Origin: Azolla caroliniana
Lineage: Eukaryota; Plantae; Polypodiophyta
Reading direction: 5' to 3'
Assembly (NCBI GenBank): GCA_043228905.1
Contig: JBHGNT010000009.1
Span: 15,128,001 to 15,192,000 of the forward strand
DNA length: 64,000 nucleotides
Position numbers and translations under genes: made by a program
In this document: in pieces, positions 1 through 12,699 of the stretch
Position numbering within the stretch: position 1 is the first letter of the stretch
Layout: each line of letters begins with the position of its first letter
Notes under the pieces: generated by a model
What the model was told of the DNA's origin: nothing
The model's database searches: none
Seen by the model: only the letters and a program-made list of their open reading frames with translations

Positions 1-3000
1 CTCAAGCCTATAAATATATATAGTATGATTATCAATATAATCCTTTTAAGTTACAAAATTTATATTCATTCATTTCCGTATTGTGATTTCACACATTAAA
101 ACAAATAAGAATATCAGCTCTCATGAAAATAATGTTTCTTTATATTTATATGCAATATTTATCCTATCTATGATGCTACATAACTACGTCTACTACAAAG
201 TCATATACACAAGAGAATTGGTAAACATTTCATACTCTTGATGTAAATGCAATTACATAAAAAATGATGATGCACTTAATATGCATTCACTTTATTAAAT
301 GGATAAATTCCTTCTATAGTTTAATGGGCAAAACTTCTTTTACATGTTTTCAAGATTTAGCAGCATTAATTAGCGGTATATTTTCAGTTGTTTTTACTTG
401 TGCGATTAAATTTTATCTTGTAAGTACCAAGTTGATAGTGCCACATTGAAATATGGTATATCCATATGCATTTGTGGCAATGGTGGTGGCCATCATTATG
501 TATGAAATATGCTTTGATAAGTCTTTTTAGTTGAAGGGTCTTTGGGGAATCTATACTCATTTAGTCTTTTTCCTTATAAATAAGCGAAAATGTGATGTTG
601 TACAATAAATTCTAGCAAAGCGATAAACTCATTCACGGCTTGGAAGTGGAGCATGATCATGTACATGTTGCAGCCAAGGATGACTTGCCTGCTAGCATGT
701 TGTGTGATGCTTGTTGATTATGATAAATACTACGTGATGACAAAAGTTGTCCACATATGGTAATTATATTATTTGCATATTTTCATGTGATTACACACCA
801 CATTATCCATAAAAAATATGATGTTCTTAGATACATTTTTGGGTTGATGTACATTTGAACAAATGACTTTTCAGTGAGCAAGTTGTTCTTGGCTACAATA
901 CATGATCTGCCCTATTTCCAAGCTTCTTCATGATCAAAATGGAGTTATTTTCTAATATCCACTCCACTTTCCTCAAATGTGTTCATGGTTGTTGGATATT
1001 TATTTTAGGTAAATTATAAAGAATAGTCTTCATATTAAGGTTCATGTTGAAAAGCATTCTACCATGTTAAAAAAAACATAACATAGCTTAGTAATAATCA
1101 TCCCTGATTAATAATTCTTTCCACCATGTTTCACATGTGTCACTCCTTTGTCTGACTAATCATTTTGAGGTTATCATTAAATTGCATTAATTATATCATT
1201 GTTTTTCCTAAATGTAGACCATTTTTTTTCCCAAAATAACACTACTCTACATTACTTAGCAAACAAAGTACATCAAAGACCAACAAATTTTAGCAAACCT
1301 CACTCTGGCTTACTCGCCAAAGTGGTCATAGTCCCCACCTCATTTACAACAAAAGTATCCCAACAACTCCTATAACCTAGTAATTAACTTGTACCACATC
1401 TATACATATTTATAGCTCCTGGTCACTAATGTGAGCCATTGGCGGAAACATCCATCTGGGTGCTTGGTAGTTCCATTTAGGCCTTGATGATGATTTGACC
1501 ACCATAGGAGAACTACCCCATTTTAGCAAAAACTTTGACCGAGCTCTTTCTCCCGCATCTGATTTCCAAATGTAGACTTGACCATATCTTCCTTTATATT
1601 ATGGGTATGGTGCATAATTCATGTATATATATTATTACAATGGCTTTCACATCTTTATAGGCAACTTCAATTGTATATTTATGCACACATATGTAATATA
1701 TATTGTGTGAATGTATATAATGAATTAAATGAGCAAGTTAGTAATAGTTTTAGTAAGGCTCTCTATTGAAAAATATATGGAGTGATTATAAACAAAAGTG
1801 ATTCCAACTTAATGAGAAAATAGGTTTGAGACGAAAAGAAATCTATATTTTCATTTGCATATTTTCTAAATTGTTTATTGATTCAAAACATGCCTATTGT
1901 TTAACTTTTTAAAGATATTTTTTGGTAGAATATTTTTAAAATGAATAAGTGATGTTGGTCATCATTATATTTCAAACAATAATAATCAATTGGCTTTAGA
2001 TCCCATTGATGCTTTATTAGATATTGAAATTTACAATTGGACACAGATAACCAACAATGAAAGCACCATCCATGCCTTATTACATCATTTTTTGTTGCAA
2101 TATCAAATTAAAACAAAAGATACAATTATTTGGGGGATGGGGGGCCAAGGTGGGCTAGGGTGCTAAGTTGATCAAATATTGGAAGGGTTAGAGGTTAATA
2201 ACATAGATATCCTAATAGAGCTCCACTTGTTTTGTTTTTGGGCATGAGATCATAAAGGAATTGTTCTATTATTTTCCCCTTACTAGCTTAGTTTTCTTAG
2301 TGGATTAACTTGGAAGAAATGTATCGTAAAGAAATGTATCGCAATTAGTGTGGCTACAATTTCACTCCATATCTCCTAGAATAACATTGTTTGATGCACT
2401 GTTTGATTGGAAAAGACCCACCGACATCGTTGTTTCAAGAGAGTCCAGAGTATTATTAGGCTGACCAATTACAACACAACCTGAGCTTTGGCATTAATAG
2501 GAGTTGAGTGGATATTGTCGATGGTGAAAAACAAGATCTCTTGTGTCTTTATCACCAAGGTCATCCCCTTCTCCTAATGTTCGTATCAATCAACTAGGGC
2601 CTGCCATGATAACCAACATACATTCCCCCACTTGATTGAGCCTTGCATCTAGCATAATTTCAATACGCAGCCAACCCCCAACCATATTCGATTGTTCTCT
2701 AGGCAGTCCCACAGAACGTATCAGATTGATTCTATCATTTCTGTTCTTGATCCTTTACATTGCATATTATGTTCTTGTTATCATTAGTTACTCCATTGTG
2801 TATGATGTTCTTCAAAAAGTATGGTTTTGCATTAACTCTCCCCATTCATTAATTACGTCCATTTTATGATTGTCCCTTATGAAACTAGTTAAACTTTGAG
2901 GTGATACATGACCATTTAGATGTTTTAAGTTTGAATTATTATTTATTGCATAGGAATATTCAACATATTTGCATTCTAGATATTTGGTTGCTAACCAGAG

Positions 3001-3453
3001 CATGTATCCTCTTATTGCTCAAGTTCATAAAGATTTGGCTAACGTTCATTAATATGCTCAAATTGTTAGTGTACTTACTAATCCTAAGTGGATTTCAAAG
3101 TATTGATGTATCATGATATGTGAATCATTGAATCATTTTACTTTTTGATACTTTGAATGCACACTTAAGCTTGAGGATCTTCATAAATTTTGTAGTGTTT
3201 GGGTTTATTCAAGGTTTAGACAAATTGTGGTTGAAATTTTGTACTCATATTTCATGAAAGTCTCCTCATTTTAGTGAGTATATAATTTTCTAAATTTTGG
3301 AAATATTACAAAAATTGGGTCATTTGAAACAAGTAATATATCGCATTTTAAAAACTGCTTGTAAAAAAGAAATGCATAATAGTGGTTATTTCACAAAAAG
3401 GGGTGTTGCATGCATAAAGGTTTTTAAAAAATGACCCAAAATATATTGAGTTT

Positions 3454-3680
3454 TGTTGAGAATCAAGCTCAACTTGGTCTAGTGTGTGAACTCACCTTGA
3501 GAGTGAATAGACACTCCAACGGTCAAGAGTCACCATTATGTCACCATTTTGTATTCTAGCATTTAGTACGAGTCATAGAATCATATTCAATGACACATAA
3601 CTTATGAGCTTTCACATTCCCCATGCTCCATGAGTCTTGTAGTTAATGAAGAGAGGGGGTGACTATATAAAGCACCCTTC
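3454..3680 (+). mobile_element. 5' part of a Ty1/copia LTR, truncated just after the TATA box
   Basis: Starts TGTTGAGAATCAAGCTCAAC and is near-identical to 40273-40491. That LTR is followed (after a nested insertion) by an iMet PBS and copia gag. At about 3680 the sequence switches into gypsy LTR sequence. Confidence 0.85.
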
Positions 3681-4543
3681 TCATAAAAGAAAGGGAGTGC
3701 CCCTTGTGGAAAGGGTTGCCTAGTTTGAGTTAGGAGGGTATACCATTAGGTCCAAGGTATGATAATCTTTCTTCTTATTTTCTTGTTTTTTGGTAGGGTT
3801 CTTTGAGGTCTTCTTCTTCGTCGTCGTCATGTGGGTTGAGTCTTCATGTCTGTTTAGGGTTTACTCTGGTTAGGACCTCGTATGTCTAAAGGGTTTCAGG
3901 CTTCTGCCTTGTTTCCTGTGCAAGACCCCGCTCGACGAGACAAGCCCGAGAGCTCCCTGATCGGCGGCTTGGCAACAGACTGCTGTTGTAACCTAACCTA
4001 CCTTGGTCCGACTCGAAGCCGGAGTTGTATCTTGCTCTTGTACATATATAATGAAGTTCTGTGCATCTGTGTTTGTGTCTGTGTCTTCAGAGTTTCTTCT
4101 TTCCCTTTCTGTACATAAGTAGTGTGCGTTGAGTCCGTGTTGCACGTATTCTCTCTCTATCTTTCCCTCTCCCGACAACCTCTGCAACAGACTATTGTTG
4201 TAACCTAACCTACGTTGGTCCGGCTCGAAGCCGGAGTTGTATCTTGATCTTGTACATATATAATGAAGTTTTGTGCATTTGTGTTTGTGTCTACGTCTTC
4301 AGAGTTTCTTCTTTCCCTTTCTATACATAAGTAGTGTGCGTTGAGTCGGTGTTGCACGTATTCTCTCTCTCTCCCTCTCCCGCATTCGACAACCTCCGGT
4401 ACATGTCCAGAATTGTTCCGGTTAGCGCCACAACTGGTGCAGCCGGGACCGGAGAGGGTCGGTTTCCCCGCATCCATCTCTTCCTCATTCGAGACCCCCA
4501 TGGTCCCGCCCCTTTTGACACATACTCCGGGAATACCGCGACA
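3681..4543 (+). repeat. 5' LTR of element B (5'-truncated; contains a ~212-bp tandem duplication at about 3972-4395)
   Basis: Matches 15033-15701 and the reverse complement of 19854-20771. The block GCAACAGACT...GACAACCTC occurs twice, at 3972 and 4184. Confidence 0.85.
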
Positions 4544-4547
4544 TCTT

Positions 4548-4565
4548 TGGTGAGCCCGAGGTGAA
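4548..4565 (+). promoter_or_regulatory. Primer-binding site, tRNA-Trp type
   Basis: TGGTGAGCCCGAGGTGAA lies 4 nt after the LTR end. It has 2 mismatches to the complement of the plant cytosolic tRNA-Trp 3' end (...TTCACGTCGGGTTCACCA). Confidence 0.8.
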
Positions 4566-4572
4566 AGGGAGG

Positions 4573-5456
4573 ATGGAGTTGGAAGACGATGAGTTCGCAG
4601 AGATGGTTGCTGAAGTGGTGTTGGAGTTCGGACGAGTGGTGATGAGGCGAGAAGCAGCGCAACAAGCTATTGAGCGAGTGGTCGAAAGAGTCGGCCGTTT
4701 CAACAGGGACAAAGTCCCATTCTACTTGGAAGCCTACAACACAAAAATGGAGGTGCGAAGCGTAGACGAGGCATTGAGGTTGGAGTTCTTCTGTCAGGTC
4801 GTTGCCATCCGCATGGAGCAGAAGTAAATGAGCTCCGAGAAGCTCATAATTTGTGGCAGGCCTTCGAAGAGGCGCTCCTGCAGGCATACAGAGGACGGCG
4901 GAAGAGCCGGGGACGACACGACTTCGACTAGTGGGTTGCATCGGCGAAGACCCACTAGGGTGCAACGAAGGCGTTTCGAGAGTTCGAGCGATGGCTTGCT
5001 CGGATCTTGGAGCGGGATCAAAGACTGGTGGGGGTGGACAAAGTCCTATTGTTCATTAGGTCGATCGATCGAGCAGAATGGGAGGCCATCGGAATTGAGC
5101 TCGAAGAGGACGACGGAGCGAATGGCCTTACCGAGGACTAGTCGGAAGTCGAGCGAGTTTGCCGGTGGTTGGATAAGGAGCGGTCCGCGAAAGGCAAAAG
5201 GAAGATAACAAGTGACAGTGTGTCATCACGGCAGGGAGCGGACACGCAACAAGAAGGATCAGTGAAGCTCGATGTAGAGGCCCTAGTTCGGGAAGCGTAC
5301 AAGGCTTTGAAGGCGATGGTCGACGAAGAAGAGGGATCTGGCACGCGGACAGATTCCGAAGACTCAGAGCTAGTCGGCCTTCCGGACAAGGCGGACATGG
5401 TCCAGGCAGAGGCCGAAGAATGGTACCACGGTACCACGGGAGAGGGTGTGGAGTGA
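4573..5456 (+). pseudogene. gag: Frameshifted gag N-terminal (capsid-like) ORF of element B
   Basis: AIERVVERVGRFNRDKVPFYLEAY aligns with AIESIVGSIGRFGGKDATSYLEAY in the gag of element A. The ORF is broken by frameshifts. Confidence 0.75.
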
Positions 5457-6734
5457 GATGCCCTCTTGACTTGCGGAAAAAGACCGGCCGAGGAGGAGTT
5501 CAAGAGTGGAGAAGAGCCCTCCACGCTTACTCTAGAGACTCTGGCAGTCGAGCCCGTGTGCCGACATAAGACCGGAGAGATGGAGGGCGCCGGCAAGGAG
5601 TCTTGGCACGATGCCAGCAAAGATGGATGGGAAACAGCCTGCGAGGAGGTCGAGGACGGAGCCACAGCAAAGAAAGAGGAAATGAGAGTCAGCGCTGAAG
5701 GGAGCGGAATCGGAAGTCGACCCGACAGGGGATCGAACTGGTCGGCATTCCGCTTCGGATGGAGCATGATTCGGATGTGGATCGTTCAACAGGGGTAGGG
5801 TTCGGCATGATGCAACTGACACAGAAGAGGGTGCGGGACGAGCTGCCCTCTTTACATGGGGAGAAAGATCGACCAAGGAGAAGGTCGGAATTCGGGAAGA
5901 AGATGATCGAGGGTACGGAACGAGTCCGGCAGGATCGGCATCAGAGCCAAAACTCCAGACATTGGAGAATCAAGCCAAAGCGGGGCTTGATCGATCATAG
6001 AGCGGATGCTTTCCACCAACACCACTAAAAGGGTCGTTGGCCTTAGATGAGTTCCTGGGAGTCGTTTAGGGATCGGTATCCCCACATCTCATTCAGAGAC
6101 TTTGGCAGCCTACGTGAGACCTAGAGAGATGGAAGATGGAGGCTGGAGTACAACAAGGAGGTCGATGACGAGTTCGAGAGAAGAACACGGAAGCAGAGGA
6201 ACGAAGACTGGTCCTATGGGTCACCTCACACCGGGCTAGAGACTTTGGCAGTCAACATCGGATCCGACATAAGACCAAGATATTGAGGGTGGCGGGAGGA
6301 GAACAGGACCCGGCAATGCAGAGTGACGAACGGACCCGGACGAGAAACGGGTGGAGCGGACTTTCGGATAACCGATCCAGAAGGGTGGAGGAAGAAGGCG
6401 TACGGAGAGGCTGGGAACATGGTACATCAGTACCATGGGAGAGGGTGTGGAGCAAGCCACCCTCTAGACATGTGGAGAAGGAGGACCCGGGATAGGGTCG
6501 GGAAAGATGAGAGGCCCAAGGAAGTTCCTTCACACCGGGCTAGAGACTTCGGCAGTCGGCTGCAGAGCAGACATAATACCAAGAGACTAATGGTGGTGGC
6601 AAGGGGATGAGGGAAAAGGCAGTGATGGGGCGATCCTCTCACCGATCCGGAGACTCCGGCAGTCAGCCCGAGAGCCGGCGTGAGACCTAGAGAGAAGGAC
6701 GGTGGCGGCAGGTGAACGGGATCCCAAGATACGG

Positions 6735-7148
6735 TGTCGTGTTGTTACGCGCTTGCGCGTAGAAGGGTGGGACCACGGGGGTCTTGGACCGAGGAGCAAG
6801 AGAGAGAGAGATTCACAGACACGTAGAAGCGAGAAGGAGAGATAGAATGGAACACTTGATTACAATAACGAGAGATTACAATAACAAGATATTACAATAA
6901 CAAGAGATTACAAACTCCGACGGTTACAACCAGCAAGGCGGTGATGGACCCGACACGGGGACCCTACTCATGCACACAGACGGAACCCATTGGACCTAGA
7001 GAAACACAGTAGGAAAAGCCTCTTCTGGCAGCGCACGGGTTACCCACGAAGCAGAGGCGTCGAACTCCCCCCCCCCTCGCACCCATGGAGAATGACGGTC
7101 GGAGGAGGAGAGAGTTCGGCTCTCGGTGCGGCAACACTTCGTCCTCCG
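6735..7148 (-). repeat. 3' LTR of element A (U3 part, PPT and integrase C-terminus deleted)
   Basis: Colinear with 12700-13158, then jumps directly into integrase sequence. Contains 16-bp GAGATTACAATAACAA repeats. Confidence 0.9.
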
Positions 7149-10100
7149 CGTTTTGAAAGCTTTTTGAAAGCTTTGATCCGCTTTCACGACACCGGCACCA
7201 CTAACCGTGTCCCGTCGAGTTCCGCGAGGTGGTATGTGCCGTTGTCGTTCGTGCTCGTCACCGTGTAGGGCCCGAACCATCTCCTTGCGAACTTTCGCAC
7301 CGCCTTGTGCTGATTGTCGAGGCTGCTGTCGTACACCAAGACCTAGTCGCCTTCCTGGATCTTCTTTGGTCACAACCGGTGCGTCTAGTTGAACCGGGTC
7401 TTGTTCCGTTCCCTTGCCGCCCGCAACTTTTCCTTTGCCCGTTTCATGTCCTCCGGCCTCCGCTCGAGTTGCCGAATCTGTGCCACCAGCAACTCCTCCC
7501 GGCTCATCTCGTCCTTCCAATCTACCACCGCCCACGAAGAAACCGTCTGTTCCACCGTCAGGATCGGCTTCTGTCCATACATAAGCTCTGCCGGCATAAA
7601 CCCTGTTACCGAACTGTGCATAGTTCGGTCCGCCCATAGTGCGTAAGGAAGGAGTCACGACCAATTCCTGACCTGCCCTCCGCATGCACACACCAACGCC
7701 TTTACGATCGGCCCATACCCACGTTCTACCTTTCCATTCGCCTCCGGATTGTATGCCGTAGTGAGGGAGAGTCTGACCCCTAGTCGGTCGAACAACTCCT
7801 TAGCTTCCCGCGCATCCAGCTCTCCCTAGTCCGCCACGATCCTCCCGACGCACCCGTACCGACACACTACCTCTTCGATCAGGAACCAGCATACCGCCGC
7901 GGTTGTCTTGTTCTGCAGTGCACGGCCTTCCACCTAGTTTGTTAAGTCTTCTCGCGCAAGCACCAGGTATCGCATCTGTCCTACTCCCATCGGCATTGTC
8001 ACCAAGTCTACCATCCACTTGAAATGGACCGTAGGTGGGTAGGTCAGGTGTAGCTCGTCCCGATGTCGGACCACGGAGTGCATCTGACAGCTTTCGCAAG
8101 TCGTTACGAACCGATGCACGTCCCGGTACAGCCTCGACCACCAGTACTTCTCCTTCAACTTCTCGAACGTGGCCCACGTTCCACGGTGTCCGGCCCAGGG
8201 ACTCTCGTGAAATGCCGCCAAGAGTTTCCCTTGTTCTTCTTTCTTTGCCACTACTCGGAGTGGGATGCCGTTTCTCTTCTTTGGGTGCCTCCATATGCAC
8301 TCGTCCCGCAGGAAGAATCGGTACGCCTTCTTCCGTACCCGGCTCGCTTCCTCTCTCGTCCATGCTGCGTCCGACGTCATCGTCCGTAGGAACCTCCCGA
8401 TTTGGAGCCACTCCCCGTCGTACTTGCTTTCGTCAAATTCGTTAAGCGCCGGAGTTTCCTTTTCCTTGTTATTACGTTAGTCGACCCGAAGAAATCCACG
8501 CTGACTTCTTCTTCATCCGAAACCATGCCGTCTTCGACGTTGAACCTTGCTCTCGAAAGCATGTCGGCCATGGCATTGTCCTTTCCGGAGATGTGCCGTA
8601 TCTCCGGGTTCAGGGACTTAATGTACGCTATCCACCGGAGCATTGCTAGGTCCGGCGTCGCGCATCCAGAAATCATACCGAGTATCGGCAGGCAGTACGT
8701 CTCGATGATCAACTCTGTCCCGATCAGATAGTCCTTGTCGGCCTTGACTGCCAAAACGATACCCCAAAGCTCGCGCTTAACTTGGGCGTATCCTCGCTAC
8801 CGCTCGCTCAATACCTTCGCCCCGAACCGGATCAGGAACCGTACGCCGTCCTTTTCCCCCTGACTAATTACCCACCCGATCCTGGTCGGGCTCGTCTCCA
8901 ACGTCACGCAAATGGGGACATCCTTGTCGTAAATCGCTTTTCGGAGAGCCGGTGCTACCGTAAGCGCCTCCTTTAGTCTCTGTACCGACTCCGTGTGCTC
9001 TATCCTCCACTCGAACCCACGCCCTTTCTTCAATAGCCCGTAGAGAGGCTCCGCAACATGCGCGTAGTGCGGAATCCAGATGTGGTAGAACACGCATGCT
9101 CCCAAGAATCTGCGGACCTCCGTGACCGACCCGCAATCATCCCTCATCGCCGAGATGGCCTCCACCTTTGCCGGAGACGGTTTCCTACCGTAGGGCCCGC
9201 ACAGGTGTCCGATCACCAAGATCTCCGACTGTCCGAACGCCGATTTTTCTCTGGAGAAGGTGAGTCGTGCGTTTTCGAGCTTCTGCAACACCTTCTCGCA
9301 GTCGTTGATGTGGTTCACGACGAACCTCCGGCATCCGTCTGGCCCGACAGTCTTGTACGCGTCATCCACCGGACACCCCTTTATCGAGATATCGTTCAAG
9401 AATGGCATGGTGATGTCCAGTATGCAGTCCCTCAGCACCTTGTTCATTACGTTCACCATATGTGCCATTGAATTCGTCTCGCCTTGTGGTAGGGTACACA
9501 TCCATACTAGGCCGAGAGGAGTTCGCATTGTCGTGATATCCCTGCTCTCGACTGCTAGCTGGAACTAGTTGTACCCCGAGTATAAGTCACCGACCGAATA
9601 GATCGACCTTCCAACGAAGGCCTCCGCGAACTCGTCTATGGTCGGTCCGATTCCTGCGTTACGGATGGTCACCTTGTTGACCGGTTGCAGGTCCTGAATG
9701 AAGCATAGCGTGCCGTTCTTCTTTGGCACCGTAAACCACCGGTTCGAATACGGGGCACTCGACGGTTCGAGGATGCCCATCTCCACCCTCTGATTTAGAA
9801 GCTCCATCAACTTCGGGATGTGAGCTCTCGGCACCGGAATTGGTTTGAGATTCCACGATACATCCGGTACCGTGAAGATCACCATCGGTTTGACGATCGT
9901 CGGGTCCACGCACCCGATCTCCTCCGGCGAGAACGCGAAGGCTTTCCCATGCCTTCCGAGCATTCTCCGAAACCTGTCCTCCTCTGCCGACAGTAGGAAG
10001 CCACCCCCACCGACCTTGAGCTCCCGTAGCGTTATGTCGGTGAACCGGTGCCCTATGCCAGTCGGATTCCGTAAACTTGGGTCCGACGCGACCCCCTTTA

Positions 10101-10545
10101 TCCGCTCCTCGCTGCCCTCCAGCAAGGGTGCCGCGACTGGCCTTACCTTCTGGTCCACAGTCTTGTACTTTGTATCCACGTGGGTCGTCCGATCCGACCT
10201 GATCCTTTCCCCGAAGTTCGCGATGACTTCGTACATTCCCATCGAACTAACCGGAACGGTCCGGTCTTCTCTAAGGTCTTCACCGATCACCTTTCGCAAT
10301 GCGCCCAAGGTGTCGTCAAAAGAGACCGCCTCCACGGCGCCGCTGATCTCTTCGTCGGGGGAGAGGACTTCGCATCCCCTGAGCCGCTCCTCCGCTCGCT
10401 TCCTTTCCCGGCCGCTGACGCTGGCTATAGTACAACCTCCATTTTAAGAAAACCAAAACTTCCTACCTACTATACATGTGTGGGGTTCTTCCGGTATGTC
10501 CGGACTACCTCGGCCCCACGCCTTCATAGCCCTCTCTAAAAATCC
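7149..10545 (-). pseudogene. pol: pol (RT-RNase H-integrase) of element A, with stops and frameshifts
   Basis: RT: PYSNRWFTVPKKNG, DLYSGY, LPQG, PFLND. RNase H: AMADMLSR. Integrase: HESPWAGHRG...CESC zinc finger, WMVDLV core, TGFMPAELMYG. Confidence 0.93.
10480..10545 (-). promoter_or_regulatory. Putative -1 ribosomal frameshift signal (G GAU UUU plus pseudoknot)
   Basis: The gag-PR frame ends ...GGG GAT TTT TAG. The -1 frame continues FLERAMKAWGRGSP..., homologous to the equivalent region of element K. A stem GGGCTAT/GTAGTCC starts 6 nt downstream. Confidence 0.75.
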
Positions 10546-12655
10546 CCTCGGTTGTCGCCGCCGAGGGTCTCGCGATTCCTCTCATGGTTCGGACGTACGG
10601 TCATGAATTGGATGGAATGCCGACCGTCCTAGCTCTTGACGCGCGCATACGCCGAACCGTTGTCCAGCACCTTCGTCTCCATGCGTGCTGCCGTAATGTA
10701 TGGTTCGCCGAGAATCACCGGGTGCGAGGATGTTTCCTGCATGAAGAAATGTTGATCTATCTCGACGTGACCAACCTTTACGCCTATATTCGGGCACGCA
10801 CAATGCAACTCCTCCGTAGCACGCGTCGCCGCGCGTATCTTCTACCCATGCTTGGTGTTGATTGGCCATTTACCCCTCTTGTAGAAATCCATGGACATAA
10901 GGTTGATTTCGGATCCATGGTCTACCAGGGCCACCACCGGTTCCGGAACGTCGCCAATCCGCACAGGGGTTTCCGTAGTTGCCCTGGCCCAATGCGGCTT
11001 TGCGTAGTGGCTTTCTGCCAACTCATCTTCTAGGGCCACGTCTTCTAAGTGCGTAGTCCGCACCTCCACCGGCTCTGTCAAGAGCCTCTTCCGCTTCACC
11101 AAGTCCACAATGGAGTCGTGGAACTCCCTCTTGGCGATTCCCAGCACCTCCCGCAACGACAGCTCCACTTTACTGTCGAGGATACATTCCTCCAAGACCT
11201 TTCGCAGGTCTGTGGTCCTTTCGATTTTGGTGCTCAACCGAAACCCCGCCAGCTTCTTCCCATCCAGCGAGCTTGGGTTGCCGGCACTGGTCGGTTTTGG
11301 TCTGAACCGGGTCTCATACCTCTGCGGAGGACCGACCCCTCCGGCCTTTCTTGCCTGTTTGTCCTCCACCAGAACCTCGTACTTCTGGCAAGCGGCTTCT
11401 ACGAAGCCCGTTTTCTCTTCGACCGGATCGTCCCAACCGGTGACCTCCTGGACCCTTTGCTCCGCGCGGTCCACCTCTTCCTTCTTCAGCCGAACTCCGG
11501 AGAGGCCTTCTAGCACTAGCGGCCAGAATCCGGAGTCCTTCGCCTTCCGGGTCTCATCACCCCCGACCTGAATTCCCGCCGACATTGACTGGTTAACGGC
11601 TTCAACGTGCCATGCCGCGGCCTCTTCCATCAACCTCTTCATTCCGCCGCGTCCCATATTTAGTTCTAGGGCTCTTCGGGTCTCACTCGCGTGCACTCGC
11701 CCGTTCCAGAGGTACACCACGTTGGTCTTGAGCGCGTCGGCGAAATCCGTGCAATCCTTCCGAATGTGACCGATTGCGTCACACCACATGCACCGCTGCC
11801 CAGCCGGCGGCCTCCGGTCGCAAGGTTGTTCGCCGCTGTCTCTCCGGGCCTGTGCGATCTGCAGATCGTGTACCATCTGTGTCAGCTCCTCCAGAGCCAC
11901 TCCTTTGGATGGGCCTCTGACCATGTCCTTCGATGCCGACCCCGAATCTGGCCAGATTTGGGTCTCTTCCTTCCTACCGGCCGGCACCGATACCGGCTCC
12001 TCGAGCCTCCTCCCTAGGACCGGCCTTGACCCCGACACGCTTCCGTCGCTCCAATCACGCCGTTTGTCGAAACGGCTGCAGACCCGTTTTACTACGGCCC
12101 AGTCTGTCGTGAGCCCTTCGTCCGTTTCCAATAGGGGACCCACCTTTTCCCTGTCGAGCGCGTCCACCAACTTGACAAATAGTAGTACTCGACTCGTTTC
12201 GAGCACCGTCCGGTCCAGCGTTGATAGCCGCGCGAACCGTTTTTCGAACTCCTGGAGGAGCACCGACGTGTTCCTCCCTTTTCCGGGGCTTTCCACCCAC
12301 GCCATGAAGTCCCGCCTCGACAGCCGAAACGAGTCGTCAAACCCGTACTTCTCGGGGAGCTTCAGCTCGAACTCCTCCCAAGTCTGGCATTCGGCCAACA
12401 CCATGAGCGCCTCCGCGTGGATGCCCGCGTCACCACCCGAGGGAATCCGGACAACCGCCTGTCCACCGGTATATCCCTCATGATCATTTCGGCTCGGTAA
12501 GCCTCCAAATAACTTGTGGCATCTTTCCCTCCGAACCGGCCTATAGAGCCGACGATCGATTCAATGGCTCTGTCGAGGGTACCCGTCCCCTCACGAGCGC
12601 TTACCAGCCGGTCGACGGCTACCGCCATTGCCTCTGCTAGCTCCGATCCCCTCAT
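10536..12655 (-). pseudogene. gag: gag-protease ORF of element A
   Basis: CCHC knuckle CMWCDAIGHIRKDC and aspartic protease motif ALVDHGSEIN. Minor lesions lie near 12420 and 10842. Confidence 0.92.
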
Positions 12656-12677
12656 CTTTCGACTCCTTTTCCGCCCG

Positions 12678-12695
12678 TTCACGTCGGGTTCACCA
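12678..12695 (-). promoter_or_regulatory. Primer-binding site, tRNA-Trp
   Basis: The plus strand reads TTCACGTCGGGTTCACCA, matching 18 nt of the plant tRNA-Trp 3' end (from recall). It lies 4 nt from the LTR. Confidence 0.88.
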
Positions 12696-12699
12696 AATA

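Noticed and set aside
1-3453. Possible decayed gene or transposon in the AT-rich left flank
   Set aside because: Only short ORFs are present and I recognised no motif on either strand. BLASTX would be needed.
12678-12695. tRNA gene
   Set aside because: Only the 18-nt 3' end including CCA is present, next to an LTR, so it is a PBS.
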